A DNA stretch of 59,125 bases from an uncultured bacterium (GTDB taxonomy: Bacteria > UBA8481), in contig CAZCME010000026.1 in the NCBI GenBank assembly GCA_964499705.1, positions 1 through 59,125 of the forward strand. Reading direction: 5' to 3'. The notes under the pieces are model-generated. The model was not told where the DNA came from and searched no databases. It saw nothing but the letters and a program-made list of their open reading frames with translations. Below are positions 12,601 through 19,200 of this stretch, in pieces. The position numbers and the translations under genes are program-made. Numbering within the stretch: position 1 is the stretch's first letter; every line of letters begins with the position of its first letter.

Positions 12601-13258
12601 AGACGCGGAACTTCCGCTGGTTGATCGCCGAAAAGAACGTCTCCGCGAACTTCAAGTGCACACGGTAGTAACCTCCGGTGTCCCATCCCGCCGGAGGAAC
12701 GTCGAAGCGGAACTCGAGCGGGTTGCCCCATCGCGCCGAGTAGTAGACGGAATCCTGATCCGTGCGGAGGATATTGAACGCGGTGTTGGCCCAGGCGACG
12801 TTGCCGCCGATGACGTATCCGTAGCCCGCCGCATTGGTCGAATCGTAGGCGCGGTCACCGAGCCATGTTCGTCCGGCGGTGTCGACATAGGTTCCGGTCG
12901 TCCCGATGTTATAGTAGTAGGCGGTGTTGCCGTTCTGCATCGGCCCGAAGGGAACAGCATGAGCGGGAGCAGCGCTCAAGATTCCGAAGATGCAGATTCC
13001 GGCAAGCGGCAGAAGGGCGAATAAATCCGAAATCTGAAATCCGAAATCTGAACTAAATCCTAAATTCCAAATCCCAAAAAATCCCACTGCATGTGGCCTA
13101 TTGTCAGGTTTTCGGATTTGGGATTTCGTTAGGATTTCGGATTTAGAGGTTAGGATTTCCGGACTTGCAAGAGTCCGATCAGGATTTGATTCCGATATTT
13201 TTTCACAGCTTCTAAAAGAGCCGAACGGGAATGCTCGCGACTCCCGGCGCTGTATCAT
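1..13258 (-). CDS. Giant secreted multidomain protein A (>4419 aa, 3'-partial): signal peptide, malectin, GH144/glucoamylase-family-like (alpha/alpha)6 domain, F5/8 type C (CBM32), several CIA30/CBM11-like domains, FN3, long Ig/FN3-like repeat stalk
   Basis: Translated by hand at both ends and at internal motifs. ATG at 13258 overlaps the LacI stop (ATGA). The frame reads ...LFALLPLAGICIFGILSAAPAHA|VPFGPMQNGNTAYYYNIG..., ...YFDSWRSRDDMGDLMIGMMLAQEYFRGTEA... and ...VVDSATGLSLAGVR at the window edge. No ORF-track entry ends in this frame, consistent with no stop before the edge. Collinear with paralog B. Alternative start is GTG at 13087. Confidence 0.9.
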   Translation of the reverse strand, partial: MIQRRESRAFPFGSFRSCEKISESNPDRTLASPEILTSKSEILTKSQIRKPDNRPHAVGFFGIWNLGFSSDFGFQISDLFALLPLAGICIFGILSAAPAHAVPFGPMQNGNTAYYYNIGTTGTYVDTAGRTWLGDRAYDSTNAAGYGYVIGGNVAWANTAFNILRTDQDSVYYSARWGNPLEFRFDVPPAGWDTGGYYRVHLKFAETFFSAINQRKFRVYLNDIDVTQRGYRILDNFDIFAVAGDSYTAYDFVIPFFPVNEGVLKITIVGQTDNPQICGIAVEKVPYVQSDLNSNGLDDSSPLDTTAVSNDAFLDSYERRIFDWFWVNVLDGDANYFPPSEADVDNRSFQIQTSVASFSPAIAAYCIGHKRGWISYSQAYTRVKGLLDGIRQLLKGPNTAYPDDVYGHYPGPFTVDGPYELATNYVNSPYESFHHHYYRSGAKKYRPAAYFDSWRSRDDMGDLMIGMMLAQEYFRGTEAEITARQIQESFDWNKYDMFENGDYSERMLARIMSAGSPRGTANITQAKDAWNNACGTCYDGRVLYWSQWVNLWYDGRATQTTTGPHTGRNDFTITKNWTKSQRDASVAIWQKNPEEYNTYDYDVWGLSAATQDISNGGGAWYTSNMLVTSDAVASVGTGVQANVRTHGGVVNPFATVASLPFLSTEVVGAMRHMQWRYSTLGWPEYMGGSILGNYGFVQCYNIGSSPSGPLPEDASGGSSFMSRINGGFDMGPQIIAIENYRSGMVWTQMMQNDNMIRAMNRIGMSGFNTAPPTASSVNKVATASSVRAASGNNATFVSDDDKITRWESEYTDNEWIYIDLGSNQTIGTVVLWWEPAFALKYDIQYAVDGADPLNAASYTTVYSTEQGDGGVDRIYLQPQPSARYVRMKGRQRATGNGYSLWMFEVYSQSLSDPGYVDDFEVTSNVNRMGGAISNFTSNGGTVADTYTTTETHAGVRSRRIAFNVSAGGAADGGWLTVLQNGSYDARNYNALSFWVKGVAGGDKFKVRLKDTAGIETGPSVTNYLTGGVTSVWKQVVIPLTHFTNNSTLSLALLQNINLYFSNNQGAPLSDTIYIDDLRFVTDAGVPPLAPTNVYTIAQSNQILLKWSDPNPSFIRGYNVYRREKDSGAFVKLTTQPTPTASYTDNDATLTGREGVTFEYYVTKVTTENLESVESETQTAVFGWVELDWDDGNANNYFGGNDLGFWGAAAHFWMDTTQTDSRAGKVRSLEGDPGFGVFSVLPGTNLSQYGVVAIRFDARGNAGGESFQVGLKDRTTFQEVKILVDTALTTSWKSFTMALDPFISGGVDLTNMDNVSFTFQGGHERFFIDNVAFTPSGGSVILVDNLDDANLTNFQTGVAVVVSNGADPIDVALISNSTTQKHSTPRSIATVFKSTGSFARGFKEPFPSGLDVRQTKYLAFWVRGTDALANSGMEVTLNDGVTSVTVPLSTYVNIANSEWRRAIIPLSAFGAVDTSSLDEILIRDNAAPWAAGTLYVDDIVFTLSAPQTLAGFQVTGTETGTFGVPFNWTISAMHAESGLIQTYNATTTIAMPAGDTITPTVSGALVNGVRTEALTCTGTQYGVKTITFGDTTGTWFGSKTIAMVQGFYRVEVLSQPIYSGESFVIRITALTAAGDTVTTFNGTVDLFALPGRITPLRTDSFVNGIRTETVSICGAGTTTIQVLRDNSPGTTVIIVRSPTVIDNFADGVDPNNIASDSFFWPNGNYAGVYSNALAQNDSYSYAYTFNAQGGVTGGIGQGFSRYNLGMDVTRCSAVAFWIRANAGANLSDKLQFGLKGTNGVESALLLTKYVVPVTTAWRRAVIPIADFRGVDTRSLENWHFKIVPDQSGVASGYLDDLLLDTGLPDTYVGLELEAPPTVAAGDSFQIRVWALHRDSGVYRSTFETVTLSASLGMLFPAGDSFSYGIAVDSYRLSAPGQVTITATASGRSCTRVIQVISSGNVIVDDMEGDSLNNLNRGTFAWGVATVASTTDQKVSGIASNRWSFATSPAGQGGFEEGLGNLNISTLASLTFWIRGDTTLEDTDVPLLFTSMRQNGGSETTLALDSYVRPSATEWRRVIIPLSHFIGMDTTNLVDFNPIRVNSSFAVSGLCYLDDVFFSKDTQGELTDFEIRAPALVRAGDSFQIRIDARHAEKGIFSGFAETVIFTSPTGVRPDTSGVFFRGIRFETISLTQVGTCTIAVRSSNGKTGTTTITVFDTSTLIDTFYQISPPNGTETTAPSLTYVWTLPTDTTILSGFRLQVARDTGFAILVVDSTVPVTSTSAVLSLVGAETYHWRVLAVAISGETRGSKPGDSVVLVDTEPPVPFTLLVPASGSETSAASITFRWNAAGDSHSGVNRHLLQITRDTEFVALIVDSSAGLATESTVILAANDTYYWRVIAVDDLGNTRISSDTRSLFTDTTVPTAFALDTPADGLETFATSILFSWTPSSDTLSGLNRYQLQVARDTAYATIVLDSSAGQANSAPAAFAGSDTFYWRVIAYDDAGNTMAASSSRRLIVDTQPPSSFGFETPVNGTGTPSNVRLAWFPTTDTQSGLSSYRVQVGPDSIFSFLSVDSLILAPDTDITVEFPQDTWYWRVYAFDDVGNSRQATNASGSTYESFVSSPPDDSAPPNTFYQLIPVVRTETSATSITFQWSPSFDTIGLAHYRIQLSTDSAFSSFYKDSIVSANDTSAVVNLTGSDTFHWRVIVVDFGANTTVSKPGDSVVVVDTEPPMPFVLTAPAANTETRATSVTFFWSATTDTHTALNRYHIQIARIQNFSTMIVDSTAGLGNSTTVLLPGPDTYLWRVAAYDTLGNVRYSSETRTLYVDTQPPAAFVLFSPVDLHETATRTVRFAWGASGDSFTGLNRYHLQFASDKIFTSITLDSSSGLSRETAAVTTLAANDTTYWRVVAYDDAGNTTANESRTLVVDTVPPVAFGLVSPRNGDSVVAPVTFLWNASTDTLTGLNKYTIQFSRDSIFSLITFEAGTISTDTDYIWVPSGNDTWFWRVTAYDDAGNTTAATPAFDSFVRPIVDTTTPAPFTLSSPADGLETSTLIVSFSWNASSDTESGLQEYRIQTATDSTFAVIATDSSNGLALSAWLTLASNDTRYWRVVVRDNRGNTTVSTPPFRRIVTDTLPPVAALLTAPTDATETNVTTILFSWSAAVDTLTGIFEHRLQIDTAGMFVSLVVDSSTGLAVSALRTLAANDTYYWRVVAIDDARNTTVSVSRFIVIDTIAPVAAVLAGPADLSETRFTTITFSWTSGGDTVSGIVEHRLQIDTAGTFVSLLVDSSVGIETSGTRALAANDTYFWRVITVDGASNTTVSSSRRILIDTTLPTAPVLTLPADLTDTNTTTIFFSWSMSSDTLSGLLEHRLQIDTAGTFVTLLVDSTTGLATSGTRTLTANDTYFWRVLAVDSATNSTASVSRQLRIDTMVPAVVGLVMPAANADTNVTTITFTWTAATDNVGISGYRLQIDTANTFASLVVDSATGLSLAGVRTLSANDTYFWRVLAIDSATNSMASVSRRLRIDTTVPVAALLTLPAANTDTNVTTITFSWLASADSVGLSGYRLQIDTANTFVLLVADSATGLSLAGVRTLSANDTYYWRVITIDSATNSTASASQQLRIDTTLPTAPALTLPVDLTETNVANVFFSWSSSSDTQSGLFEHRLQIDTTTAFTTPFIDSSTGLSVSATRALAANDTYYWRIVAIDDAGNTVAATSRTLYTDTVPPTAPAGVYPVDNSETNAVFVGFDWTAAVDTLSGLNAYHLQIDTPGTFTGPFAVDSDIATATSDTAVLLAEGAYSWRILARDDARNTTVYTPSVRFIVDRTAPVIVSVSVASSVPGFFTDSGGVDTMLPIDTIVFNNTGTGIGQNDTISIIATGADSVFFPQHFGEGPQFDALPPYAFTYSIEVGLGDTTMVLIARDTAGNEDSMVVLWLRDIQTPPVVGLINPGDSQTLGDTTPTFSWLASNDTGAGTKQYLVQISNGMGFGAILESASVTTTSYTSPGLADSPYYWRVIAHDSVSNADTAGAAIRRLVVDSGVPVISGIAIISSSLTHFHPDTPITVGLTPDTVYFNPAGAGAGQIDTITVFISDVNETSVSGSAAFQIITNLDSGFNEDSYTLVYRIPLDSGPATITIVATDATGFQDTALVRFEADTYSPSAATLSAPANNMETNATTITFSWAASVDTLSGVAGYRLQMDTSNTFVAPFVDSATGLALSVARTLPANDTYFWRVISTDNVANTVVSAFRKLVVDTTAPVAASLTLPAANTDTNITTITFTWTASADNVGLSGYRLQIDTANTFVSLVADSATGLSLVGTRTLSANDTYFWRVLAVDIATNSMASASRELRVDTMAPVAALLTLPTANTDTNTTTITFSWTAAADNVGISGYRLQIDTANTFASLVVDSATGLSLAGVR
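13023..13158. repeat. Inverted pair of heptamer arrays (AAATCYG-like / CGGATTT-like) forming an imperfect palindrome
   Basis: Left arm AAATCCG AAATCTG AAATCCG AAATCTG AACT AAATCCT AAATTCC AAATCCC (13023-13075). Right arm CGGATTT GGGATTT CGTT AGGATTT CGGATTT AGAGGTT AGGATTT (13113-13158). AT-rich relative to the flanks. Confidence 0.9.
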
Positions 13259-14280
13259 GCAGCCGGAACCTGCGCGACCGACCGGCCCGGGATCAGTGTG
13301 GGCGGAAGACATACTTGGATATCGAACTGCTCGTTCGCTATCGCGTCGGCAACCGCTTCGCCCATGGCCGCGATCGGTTGGGCGACGGTCGTGAGTTCGG
13401 GTTCCAATTGCGAGGCAAGGACGGTGCCGTCAAATCCGGTGATGGAAATTTGATCCGGAATGCGAATTCCATTCTTCAGAAAAACGTCGCACAAACCCAG
13501 GGCCATGTCATCGTTTGCGGCGACGATTGCGTCCGGCAATTCGCCGTTCTTCAGCCAATGTTCGGCGGCGGCACGACCACCCTCGCGGGTGAATCCTCCC
13601 GCAACGACGTCGTTCCTGTCGACCTTGAGCCCGTGCTTTCTTGCTGCGGAGAAAAAAGTCGCCGAACGCTCCCGAGCATCCGAAAGATTGCGCGGACCTT
13701 CCACGAAACCGATCCTTCGGTGACCACGCGCCACGAGCAGATCGACGACCTGGCGAATCCCATCGGCGTTGTCCACGTCGATCGATCCGAATCCATCCGC
13801 AATTTTCTCGCTGCAGACGACGAGTCCGCGGACACCCCGCTCGGCGAGAAACTTAATGCGGGCATCATTCTTCGGAGGTCCAAGGAGGATCACGCCTTTG
13901 AAGATGAGGCTCTCATAATTCGCCGCCAGCATTTCCAGCGTGGGCTCGGTCGACACCAGGTTCGTGGTGCGGGGAATATTAAAGAGAGCAATGGCGTGCC
14001 CGCGCTTCGTCATCGCCTCATCGATGGATCGAATGAGCGCATGGTAGGTGTTGTTGAGGAAGAGATCCTCCAGACCCGTGACGATGGCCGCCATATTGAA
14101 GCGCGATCCGCTGGAGAGATGACGCGCCGCAAGGTTGACATGGAAACGACGTTCGCGAACGATCCGTTCGACTTTCCTGCGGGTCTTCTCGCTGACATGG
14201 GGATGGCCGTTCAAGACGCGGGAGATGGTCATCTTGGAGACCCCGGCCTCCCGGGCGATCTGGCTTATGGATCCGTTCAA
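13255..14280 (-). CDS. LacI/GalR-family transcriptional repressor, copy A (341 aa)
   Basis: HTH SISQIAREAGVSKMTISRVLNG, hinge NLAARHL, and GHRRIGFV, AIVAANDDMALG, RIPDQISITGFDG and LTTVAQP motifs. TTG start after GGAGAAAGGGA. Confidence 0.95.
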   Translation of the reverse strand: MNGSISQIAREAGVSKMTISRVLNGHPHVSEKTRRKVERIVRERRFHVNLAARHLSSGSRFNMAAIVTGLEDLFLNNTYHALIRSIDEAMTKRGHAIALFNIPRTTNLVSTEPTLEMLAANYESLIFKGVILLGPPKNDARIKFLAERGVRGLVVCSEKIADGFGSIDVDNADGIRQVVDLLVARGHRRIGFVEGPRNLSDARERSATFFSAARKHGLKVDRNDVVAGGFTREGGRAAAEHWLKNGELPDAIVAANDDMALGLCDVFLKNGIRIPDQISITGFDGTVLASQLEPELTTVAQPIAAMGEAVADAIANEQFDIQVCLPPTLIPGRSVAQVPAA

Positions 14281-14345
14281 TCCGTCCCTTTCTCCGCCAG
14301 TCGGCGCGCCCAGCCCCCGAACATGTCCCGAACAACCAGATTCTA

Positions 14346-14359
14346 TGTTACCGGTATCA
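14346..14359. promoter_or_regulatory. LacI-family operator O1 (TGTTACCGGTATCA), over the predicted transcription start of cassette A
   Basis: Near-palindrome with central CG, identical at 31298-31311, immediately downstream of the -10 box. Confidence 0.8.
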
Positions 14360-14387
14360 ATTATAGGCGCCCTTTACTCATTGTCAA
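14360..14387 (-). promoter_or_regulatory. Sigma70-type promoter TTGACA-N16-TATAAT driving lacI-A and giant A
   Basis: Plus strand ATTATA at 14360-14365 and TGTCAA at 14382-14387. The same boxes and spacing occur at 31312-31339. Confidence 0.85.
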
Positions 14388-14412
14388 TGGGAATAATGCA
14401 CTATTATGCTTT

Positions 14413-14426
14413 TGTAAGCGGTTACA
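14413..14426. promoter_or_regulatory. LacI-family operator O2 (TGTAAGCGGTTACA)
   Basis: Near-perfect palindrome, identical at 31367-31380 and 35142-35155. Confidence 0.85.
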
Positions 14427-14429
14427 TAA

Positions 14430-14663
14430 TCAATTAGAGAGGATTTCGATGTTTATGAATCCATTGCCAACGCCGTCAACTTACGGTCGAAACGCTCGAC
14501 TTCTCCCGATCGCCTCAAATCGAATGAACGGGTCCACATCATCGAAGGCTTCACTTTTGACGGCATCCTGGTGTACACTAAAGGCGTGATCAGAAAGTTC
14601 CAGAACAGGGACGTTTTCTACATCTTCGTTTCCGCCAAAAGGTGGGACCGTAAAGCGCGATGA
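14430..14663 (+). pseudogene. 5'-truncated MqsR/DUF4258-like toxin remnant
   Basis: After an in-frame TAA (14427-14429) the frame reads SIREDFDVYESIANAVNLRSKRSTSPDRLKSNERVHIIEGFTFDGILVYTKGVIRKFQNRDVFYIFVSAKRWDRKAR*. There is no ATG/GTG/TTG near its 5' end. The stop overlaps the ATG of the zinc-finger gene (ATGA). The C-terminal 'VYTK...IFVSAK' resembles MqsR-type RNases. Confidence 0.6.
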
Positions 14664-14866
14664 GAAAGTACGATCGATGTCCGCTCTGTAACAAGAAAGG
14701 AATCCAGCAGCGTAACCGAAGCGTGAAAGTCGTGCTGGATGATGGCTACACGCAAGTATTGTCGGCTCAACCTCATAATTTTTGCCCCCACTGCGGCCAA
14801 TGTTTCTACGATCATGATGCGGTTGAAGCTCTGACCCGTCGCAAGAAGCGAAAGAAAGCCGCCTGA
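14660..14866 (+). CDS. YgiT-type zinc finger protein (MqsA N-terminal-like antitoxin, no HTH), 68 aa
   Basis: CPLC...CPHCGQCFY motifs with typical spacing, followed by a short basic helix. Confidence 0.8.
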   Translation: MRKYDRCPLCNKKGIQQRNRSVKVVLDDGYTQVLSAQPHNFCPHCGQCFYDHDAVEALTRRKKRKKAA

Positions 14867-14892
14867 TCCCTGTTCTCTTATTATCTCCCGCA

Positions 14893-16239
14893 TTATCTCG
14901 GCAGCGCGTCATTGAGTTTTCCCTGCAGCTCGCGCCAGACCAGAAATGGTTTGTCCACTTCCCCGCTGGCGCTGACTGCGAATTGAGTGCCGTCGCCCGT
15001 CAGTTGCGCCGCCAGAATCAAATTCCGGCCCACAATCCAGTATTCGCCTTTGACGGTAAAACGCGACGAGCCCGGCGCGGGATTCAAAAGTCCGCTCGAC
15101 TTCCATCCGCGCGATAACACCTCCGCTGTCGCGCTGCTGATCCAGTCATATTCCGGAGGACCTGACCGGTAGGCGAAAGGAGCGATGTAAACACCCCATG
15201 TTCGAGCTGGTGCGGCAATTTCCTGTTCCAATCGTGGTAGCTTCGAGTTCGCATCCGGGCGCGCCTGCTCCGTACGCGCCTGGTCGATCGTCGATTTGCT
15301 CCGCTTGGGCGGATCTCCATGCGTGGATCCGAACTGGTACGAGAGCGAGATAAGATTCTGATCGCCGAGATCGCCGGTGGGCACATAGGCGTAATCGAGA
15401 AGGACGTCGTTCCACTTGAAGCCCGCGCCGAGCGTGAATCCACTGCCTGCGTCGTTCGCCGAATTGGCGCCCGCTCGGAACACAACATGTTCCGGCCAGA
15501 CCCAGAACTCGCCGCCAATCTTGCCTTCGATCTCCTGGTTCTTGACATACACAACATCGGTATTCAATCCCCATCGACCGTTCACCGCACGGTACCCCGC
15601 TCCGACCCGCACCGTGATCGGCAGTTCGTCGCCGGCGGTGACGAACTTCAGGTTCGAACCGAAATTCAGTACCGAGAGTCCCACGGTCAGACCCTCGACG
15701 GGAGGCCTCCACATCGCGCCGAGATCGACCGCGACGGCGCTGGCGCTGTAATTATCGAGCGTCTCGTGAATCACTTTCACTGTCCCGCCAAGGTCGATGA
15801 CTTCCGATAATGTTCTCGCGTATGTCAGAGAGAAGGAGAGATCGTATGCGGAGGCGCTGCCCAGTATTGCAGATGGTCCGCCGCCGGCAATAATTTCGCG
15901 ACGCTCCAGGGCGCCAAGATCAACATAAATTCCGTTGACGGCAAGTGTGGAAGCCTCTCCGAGCGGATGAACATATCCGAGATAATTGTAGTCCATGTCG
16001 AGAAAGAGCGTGTTGTGCGCGAAACCGACTTCCTGCTTCCGGACGGTTGCGATGCCGGCAGGATTAAAATGCATGCCGTAGACATCGTCTGCCCACGCCG
16101 TATTCGCTTCGCCCATGGCCGCCGACTTGGCGCCGACGCCGATCTCCAGAAATGCCGCGCCTGTCGTGCCTGCGCCGCTGGCTGAGGCAGGAATGATGCC
16201 CGCAAGAATGCAGGCGATCATCAAACAAAGAGGCCTCAT
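14893..16239 (-). CDS. PorV/PorQ-like (UPF0164) outer-membrane beta-barrel with C-terminal alpha/beta extension, copy 1 (448 aa)
   Basis: Signal peptide, then GAGTTGAAFLEIGVGAKSAAMGEA, HFNPAGIA, ELPITVRVGAGY, and DYAYVPTGDLGDQNLISLSYQF. ATGA overlap with the stop of giant B. Confidence 0.88.
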   Translation of the reverse strand: MRPLCLMIACILAGIIPASASGAGTTGAAFLEIGVGAKSAAMGEANTAWADDVYGMHFNPAGIATVRKQEVGFAHNTLFLDMDYNYLGYVHPLGEASTLAVNGIYVDLGALERREIIAGGGPSAILGSASAYDLSFSLTYARTLSEVIDLGGTVKVIHETLDNYSASAVAVDLGAMWRPPVEGLTVGLSVLNFGSNLKFVTAGDELPITVRVGAGYRAVNGRWGLNTDVVYVKNQEIEGKIGGEFWVWPEHVVFRAGANSANDAGSGFTLGAGFKWNDVLLDYAYVPTGDLGDQNLISLSYQFGSTHGDPPKRSKSTIDQARTEQARPDANSKLPRLEQEIAAPARTWGVYIAPFAYRSGPPEYDWISSATAEVLSRGWKSSGLLNPAPGSSRFTVKGEYWIVGRNLILAAQLTGDGTQFAVSASGEVDKPFLVWRELQGKLNDALPR

Positions 16240-19200
16240 CGGATGATCATCACCTTCTTCACCACCGTCTCCGCGCCGGATTTCATAACGGCCAGATAAA
16301 CGCCCGATGCGAGTTCGCGACCGTCATCTCCGCGCGCATCCCAGTGGAACCGTCCCTCCGCGGAATTTTTTGACATCTCCGCGACTCTTCGGCCTGCGGA
16401 ATTATATACGGTGATCGTCGCCTGTGCCGTCAATCCGTCGAAGATGATTCCGCTCGTGCCGTCTCCCGATTGGAACGGCGTCCCGTTCGCCGCTCGGCCA
16501 TCGTTCGGCACATACGGATTCGGATAGACGATGAGGCTCTGCAGATTCACCTTCGTATCCTGTCCCGCCAGAACGGCGAAGAGCGTGAAGTGGTTCACCT
16601 GGCAGATGATGACATTATTGACAGCGTCAACCCTGCAGCTCAGATCCTTGATCCAGCTATGCGTCACATCGTCCCACCAGTAGAGCGCCAGTCTGTCCTC
16701 GCTGATCGCGGTCTGTCCGATCCCGTCCGACTTGAGATCGGTATCCTGGTACGGAATCCGGAGCGTGAACGGCTTGGCAAAGCTGCGCTTTCCGTCCTCG
16801 CGCACAAAGACCCGGAACGCGCCTCCTCCCGGCGCCTGGACTCCGGCGCCCAGCGGAGACGCCGCTGGAGCAGTATCGAGGATCGTGACTCGGATCCATA
16901 CCGTTTCGCTGACGCCGCCGATGGGCAGCTCGAATCGCGTCCCGCCGTCGGCGATCATGATCGTTCCCGATTCGTACGGATTGAATTGCTGCCGCCTGAT
17001 ATGCGTCGATCCATCGTTATACTCATGAACCGTCGAATCCACCCGATTCAATTTAATGCGTAGATAAGAGGGATTAGGATCCGTGTTTCCATTCTTGTCC
17101 GTACCGACGGCGCGCACGTCATACGAGCCATCCGGCAGCGTGTCGGGAACAACCCAGTAGATTCCCCAGAACGGCGCCTGCGTGTCCGGGTTCGGACGAT
17201 TCGACGGAACATTCTGCCATGTGCCGCCCGATGACGGACGGAATTCGTAACGCACGGAGACATACGAATCGCCGTATGTTGATATGATCGAGATTTCATT
17301 TCCAGCCATCACTTCTTCGCGTAAAGGTTGCCACGAAACGTCGGACATCGAAGGCGTGTTGTCAGTAACGACGATTCGGATGGTTGTCGTGGATGTGTTG
17401 TTGGCCGGATCGATGATCTTGACTTTGAGATCGTATGTGTCTCCGAGCACGGTGGAGTCGAACACAACGGTGATCGTCCAGATCGTATCAGTCACCTGCG
17501 TCGCCTGCATCGACTCTCCTTGACCGAGCGGCGAGAGGTCGACGAAGACGTCCGAGACGGCGTTCGAGTCATCGACCGTGATCGTGATGACCACAGTCGT
17601 CGTTCCAGTATTACTGACGACTGATGGCGATGCCAAAGGCGAATCCAGAACGATCGGCGCGACCGTATCCGGTCCCGCCATGGTAAACGTTTCCGTCGCG
17701 CTCACGGAATTATTTCCCAGTTCGTCATACGCCAGAACCCGCCAATAGAAGACGCCCGCTTCGAGAGAAGCTCTTGTATCTGCGGAAGTGAATTGCCAAC
17801 TGTCAACACGCGGCGCGGTAAAGAGACCGCTGGTATCGATCTGGAACCGGTATCTTGCGATGCCGGAAATGGAATCGGACGACGCGTTCCAGGAGAGCAA
17901 AGTCGGGGAGTAGACGCGCTCACCTTTCACCGGGAAGACCGGGCTCGCCGGACCCGGCGGCGCCGTATCCACCGCGACGCGCGAATCGCCGATCACAGTC
18001 GTATTGCCCGCTACGTCGATAGCGATGACACGCCAGAAGAGCGTGTCGTTAGCGGTCAGGGTCACGGTGACGAACGTGTCCGTCACCATGGTATCGATCG
18101 TATAACTACCCGCGAAATCCGTATCCACGATCAACCTGTATGTGATCGGCGGCGAGGAATCTTTCGCGTTACCCCATTGGAATTTAACGTTGACTGACGT
18201 TGTCTCTGTGCCATGCACCGGCGCCGTCAACGGGAAACTCTCGGGGCGCGTCGTGTCGCTCGTCAGCACGCGGAAGCTCTCCGGCGACGATGCAACAGTA
18301 TTTCCTGCGTCGTCGATCGCGATGATTCTCCAGAAATATGTATCCATCGAGAGCTTGATGGTCGTCTCCGTGCCGAAGTGGAACGAATCGACGGCTAGCG
18401 CGCCCGCAAACGTTCCAAGTGTATCGATCTGAATGCGATACCGGTTCAGACCCGACAGAGTATCCGTCGCGGCGAGCCATCGCAGGAATACGGGCGACGG
18501 CGTATCGGCGCCGCGGATCGGCGTATCGAGAACGGGCAGCGCGGGAGCGACCGTGTCGATCACGAACAGCCTCGGGGTCGATGCGTTTGTGTTGCCTGCA
18601 TCGTCCACGACGAAGATTCTCCAGAGATACGTGTCGTTCGGCGCCATGGTCACAATTCCGCTGTTGGATAGCCCTGTCGACGAATCAGCTAATAACGAAA
18701 TGAAGAGACCCGAAGTGTCGACTTGAATGCTGTAATGATTCACACCCGAGAGCGCATCAAGGACCGTATCCCATGAGAAGGAAATGGACACCAGTCTGGT
18801 CTCGGTCACATCCGCGGGGCCTCGCTGCGTCGGAAGTGGCGGAGGCACGGTATCGATCGTGAATCCGGAATCCACCGAGATGCTGGTGTTCCCCGCCTGG
18901 TCAATCGCAAGAACGCGCCAGCGATATGAGCTGTTGGCCGGGATGACGAGTGTTCCAGACGGGTTTCTTCCCGTCGGCGAATCCGCGATCAGGGTGGTGA
19001 ACGTCCCGAGCGTATCGACCTGCAGCCTGTAATCCGATATTCCCGAGAGAGAATCGACCGAGGCGGTCCATGTGAAGAGAAGCCGCGTCGCGTTCGTCTC
19101 CAGGCCGGACACCGGCGAAGCAGGATAGCCTGCCGACGGTGGTACCGTATCGATGAAGAATCTCGAATCAGTCGTCGCCGTCGTATTGCCCGCATCGTCA

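Noticed and set aside
102-13024. Many plus-strand ORFs (e.g. 102..890, 9629..11107, 11165..13024) and off-frame minus ORFs
   Set aside because: Shadows of giant A caused by GC-rich codon bias; they stay in fixed register to the real frame and have no motifs.
13023-13158. CRISPR array interpretation of the short repeats
   Set aside because: Units are 7 nt, contiguous and inverted, with no unique spacers and no cas genes in the window.
14481-14912. Minus-strand ORFs 14481..14912 and 14618..14893
   Set aside because: Antisense to the toxin remnant and YgiT-finger gene, which carry recognisable motifs.
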